DNA from: Zancudomyces culisetae HAW-14-8
Lineage: Eukaryota > Fungi > Kickxellomycota
DNA: 64,000 bases
Reading direction: 5' to 3'
Assembly (NCBI GenBank): GCA_052426225.1
Contig: JBNJNM010000015.1
Location: forward strand, 1,364,001-1,428,000
The notes beneath the pieces were generated by a model. The model saw only the letters and a program-made list of their open reading frames with translations, did not search any database and was not told the DNA's origin. Positions 59,874 through 64,000 of this stretch are shown piece after piece (position 1 is the stretch's first letter; every line of letters begins with the position of its first letter). Made by a program: the position numbers and the translations under genes.

Positions 59874-61967
59874 TCAGAATGGCAGACTCGCCAGTGGGGC
59901 ATTGGTGTTGTGGAAAGAATCTAATGGTGTCATTAAGGAGTTTATAGCATCCTCGGTGATGTATTCAGAGAGTTTTATTTCAGTAGGCTTCCTAAGAGAG
60001 GGGATGCCTGTAAACTCAGAAAAGGGGTGTGAAGAGCCAACAAATGGTAAGCTGCTCGGGGCCAACCCAATGGTACCCAGGGTGACATCAGACAAAAAAC
60101 TTTCACCAGCAAGATTAGCATCTGATTCCAGGGGCGATATCAGTGTGCTTGAGCTGGAAAAGGTGTTGTTTGGATCGGTAATACTACAGGTATAATTTTC
60201 TGCTGAAACCAGGCTGTTGGCAAAAGCTGAAGAAAAGGTGCCGAACAAACAATCTTGCCCAAAACAGCTCTGGACACTGTTTTGTAGCATCCCAAAAGTT
60301 GTGCTGAGAGATTGCATGCTATCCGAACCAATAGTGGGCTGGCTGCTATTTACAGGTTGTTCCGGCGAAGATACGAATGTACTATTAGAAAAAGTACCAG
60401 GTGATAAGTTCCTAATCGTGCTGTATTCAGAAAGAAGTTGGGATAGATCAGTTCCAAACCCGTTGTTTTGAACAGATTCGAAGCTTTGTTGGGTGTTTAG
60501 AGTAATATGGCTGGGAGAGCTAACAGCGCTTTGTGTTTCAATGGATAGGGGGAACGAGTCTGTTAGACATCTCTGGTTGATCGTATCACAGGTGTCCTGC
60601 AGCTTTGCGTTTGAATTTGAGCTTGGGTTAACGCTTGTAGTTAAACTAGAGGATAGTAAGTCTACTGGCGATGTGTTGCCTTCCAATGCACGAGCAGAGA
60701 GACTTTGCGATAGTAATGGGAAGGCAGAAGCCGGAGTGGAGGCAGAGCGGGAAGGTGTAAGATTGGTCAATCGAGAAGGCTTGTTTCGCTTCTGTGCTAT
60801 TTTTATGCTGGGACGATCACAGCTTTTGGTTAGACGGTTAGATTTTATTGATTTGGCACCTGTTGTGCTGTTGGTGTTTGTCTTGCGTCTTTTAGTTGGA
60901 CTTGGTAAGTCAATATATGCAGCTAGGTTGTCTTCAAGACTACTCAAAGAGCGTTTAGGTTGTATAGTTGGCACCAAGCTTAACGCCAATGGCCGACCTT
61001 TTACAGACTCAGCACTCGGAATAGCCGGCTTCCTGTTATTTTCGCATTCTTGCAAAGTTTCTCCTACTTCTGTTATTGAACAACCAGTGGAGGGCTCAGA
61101 CACTACAGCCTGCATAGTGTCTTCGCTTTTGGTTTCCACTAGAGTATCTTCGGATTTCATTAGCGCTGTCTTGGAATCTTCATCGGATGCTTGAACACCT
61201 TGGTTTTGATCCTTTACTGGGGGCACATTATCCAAAAGTGTGTTATTTTTAATCTCAGTAGAGCCATTGCAGATCTTAGCTCTACTCCTAATTGTTTTAA
61301 AAACACCGTCAACAAGCATTTTTTCATAGCCAGGTGTGAACGTCCAGAACGATCCCTTTCCGGGTATCGAATCGCCGCGTTTGACCTTTGTGAAGCCTTT
61401 ATTTAGCGAAAGGTTGTGTCTAATTGAATTTTGCCAACCTTGATGATCTTTGAAATAAGGATACTTTTTCAAAATCCACTCGTATATATCATTAAGTGTT
61501 TTTCTCTTATCTGCAGAGTCATCCAGAGCCTGGGCTATCAAAGACGCATAGGAATAATCTGGCTTATTTAAAAACCCAGAGTCCGAGGCCTGTTGAGAAT
61601 ACCTTGCTCTATTTGTAAAGCCAAGCTGATCCTTGTAATAGCCTCCTTGGGTGGGATAATACCTGTTAAACCCATACCCACGCAAAGACAGCATTTCTTG
61701 ATAATTTACATATCCAGAACTCATCATCATGGTGTTGTTAAAACCTGAAGTGCCGCTTGCCCGTGGATAAAACTCGGGTTTGATGGTATTCGCCTTATAG
61801 GTTGCGCTGTTGAATTGAGGAACATTAGAAGATGGCGCGCAAATTAAAGGTGCTCCATATGACGGAGCGAACCCAATACCATTCGAAGGATTACCCATTT
61901 TATTTGGAATCGATGGATTCTGTTCGCTAACTGTAATCTCTTTTGAAAAATTAAAGCTACTATTCAT
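59874..61967 (-). CDS. Forkhead transcription factor without FHA domain (Sep1/Hcm1/Fkh-like)
   Basis: KPDYSYASLIAQAL…TLNDIYEWI…GWQNSIRHNLSLNKGFTKV…GKGSFWT; long S/T-rich C-terminus. Confidence 0.92.
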   Translation of the reverse strand: MNSSFNFSKEITVSEQNPSIPNKMGNPSNGIGFAPSYGAPLICAPSSNVPQFNSATYKANTIKPEFYPRASGTSGFNNTMMMSSGYVNYQEMLSLRGYGFNRYYPTQGGYYKDQLGFTNRARYSQQASDSGFLNKPDYSYASLIAQALDDSADKRKTLNDIYEWILKKYPYFKDHQGWQNSIRHNLSLNKGFTKVKRGDSIPGKGSFWTFTPGYEKMLVDGVFKTIRSRAKICNGSTEIKNNTLLDNVPPVKDQNQGVQASDEDSKTALMKSEDTLVETKSEDTMQAVVSEPSTGCSITEVGETLQECENNRKPAIPSAESVKGRPLALSLVPTIQPKRSLSSLEDNLAAYIDLPSPTKRRKTNTNSTTGAKSIKSNRLTKSCDRPSIKIAQKRNKPSRLTNLTPSRSASTPASAFPLLSQSLSARALEGNTSPVDLLSSSLTTSVNPSSNSNAKLQDTCDTINQRCLTDSFPLSIETQSAVSSPSHITLNTQQSFESVQNNGFGTDLSQLLSEYSTIRNLSPGTFSNSTFVSSPEQPVNSSQPTIGSDSMQSLSTTFGMLQNSVQSCFGQDCLFGTFSSAFANSLVSAENYTCSITDPNNTFSSSSTLISPLESDANLAGESFLSDVTLGTIGLAPSSLPFVGSSHPFSEFTGIPSLRKPTEIKLSEYITEDAINSLMTPLDSFHNTNAPLASLPF

Positions 61968-64000
61968 TTTGTCCTTGTTTTGTTTGTGTAGCTAGTAGAA
62001 TACTGTAAATTGTGACGGTTATAGGACCTTATCTGGCAATTCAAAAAAAAACTTTAACGTTTTGCCTGTCTGAACAAAGAAGGGGAGGGTCAGTATCTAA
62101 AAATAGGATACGAATATTTTTGGTTAGTTATCATTTATTGAATGTAAAGGATTTTGCAGAGAAAGAAATCAACACATCTCAATATCCTGCTACAATAGCG
62201 TTTCTTAAAATATTAAACAGTTTCCTGCTAAAATAAGAGACAAGAGAGGATATAATTACTATTTTTCTGAAAGGCCTTTGATTAGTATAACTTTGTGGAT
62301 ATGTGTTGGTACCAATATTTAGGATACTCCAATTTAAAAATTATATTGATCCTTGAAACGTTATATTCACTAAAGTAATACACATGTAATTTGATTGATG
62401 CAAGTGTGTGTTATAAATATAGATGCAAGCACGAGTTGGCTTTTTTTTTGGCTCGGCACATATTGCAAAGGCCAATCCAGTGTTGTAAATTTTTATTATG
62501 CTTGAATATAGATGCTAATTTTAATGAAAGCTTGGGACTTACGGGAAATTTGGGTATATTGTCTATTTTCGATCAAGTTTCCAGTTTACTAAAGGGTTAT
62601 TTCTGTATTCGCAGGATTATTCAAATAGGTATAAAAAAAAGAAAGTAGATTTTCAAAACTTTAAGGGATGTAATAAGATAGAATGGAGAACGAGGGGAGA
62701 GGGGGTAATATATGTGTTTAGGTTTAAAAAATCGGTATGCGGGTTTATAAGTATATTAAATATCCAAGAAAAAAAAAGATATGATCATCCTTTATATAGG
62801 ATTTTTTTTTTTCACATAACTACCATATTAAGATTGAGTAGTTATCAGGCATCAAAAATTTTGTTGCGAGAGAAAGCAAGAATTATACGTAAACCAGCAT
62901 AATTTTATTGTGTGTAAATTTACAAAGCCGATATTTGAATTTATAGCCTCAAATCCCAACACAATAACATCTTGAAACGATTATATTGCGGTAAAAAAAA
63001 AGAAAGGTATGGAATGTAGAATAACTGGTTGTAAATAAAAAAACGTAGCTGGGAATTATTGAAAAAATAATCGGCCAAATTGAGTATAAGTTCATCTTGC
63101 CACAGTTTAAGCAGGAAAAATTTTCAACTCTTGTGTTTTTGTGCCTTGAACTCTGCATCAACTTTCCCCACCCTTTCTCCTTTCTTTCTCCCCAGCATCG
63201 AAACCGACAGGCATTAGCTAAACTTTTTTTTAAAGCAATTTTGCTTTCCAAGTTAGCTCAATAACAATGGCTAAAGAGATACAATTTTAAAGATAGCAAA
63301 CCTCATTATTAGTCTTTTTTTTATGTAGAAACTCATTATCGGCTTCCACTTTAAATTAATTCCTGATGAAATTAGCTAATACAAAGAATTTAAATGAAAT
63401 CATTCTCAGACAAAGCATATAGCACCGCTAATAATACGACTTTATCGAATGTAAATTATACTGTTTTACGACTTGTAACACCTTATAAAATAGGAAAGGG
63501 AGGAACACAGAAAATGGCCTTTTTTTCACAATTTCAAATGGATGAAATATGGTGCTGACTTTTTTGATTTACTTGTATCACCCTGTTTTTCTAACAAAAG
63601 GCAAGCTCGAATTAGCTCTCCTTTTCTCTGATTGTGGGTTCTTCATGCTTCTTGAAAAGGAGGTAAAAAAATAACGAATTTAGTTTATAAGCGTATCAAA
63701 TCACAATAATTTTTAAATTTTAAGGATTTTTCACCAACAGGAAACTGACTTTACTCAAATGGAAAAAAATCGATCTTTTGTTTTGGGTTGGATCAATTAA
63801 CCATCCACATTTACACAAGTCTCTCCCACCCCCCCCCCCTCCTCCCTCCGCTCCTTTCCCGGCTCAACACACTATCTCTCATCATTCCAGTACACATTAC
63901 TCCCACTGGTAGGAAAATACTTTGTTTATGAACGCTTTTTTTTTGAAAACACAAAAAAGCGCATGAAACTTTATTTAAAAAGAAAAATAGATCTTTGGTT

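Overview
AT-rich, gene-dense eukaryotic (fungal) genomic DNA with short GT-AG introns and CTAAC/CTAAT branch points. Gene content and composition suggest an early-diverging fungus, possibly Kickxellomycotina/Harpellales; this is inference only. About 17 protein-coding genes are present: a 5'-truncated Nup82/88-like nucleoporin, two tandem KRE6/SKN1 GH16 paralogs, ARG2, an HFD1-like ALDH, a DHHC acyltransferase, ER DnaJ SCJ1, NMA111, a two-exon putative GPI protein that the ORF track shows only as two separate ORFs, TAO3, SDH5, PRO1, a Num1/ApsA-like protein, a secreted polyQ-LysM-hevein protein, REX4, IRE1 and a forkhead factor. No tRNA, rRNA, transposon or CRISPR array was recognised. The top finding is that the Num1-like cortical dynein anchor carries about 28 regularly spaced [T/I/M/V]QT motifs resembling dynein light chain LC8 sites, built from three shuffled DNA modules. 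Also notable: a chitin-binding protein with a gluten-like Q/P spacer and no catalytic domain, a DHHC enzyme lacking one zinc site, KRE6 paralogs differing in targeting, and a 5'-to-3' GC-skew inversion inside long genes. All exon boundaries were read manually.
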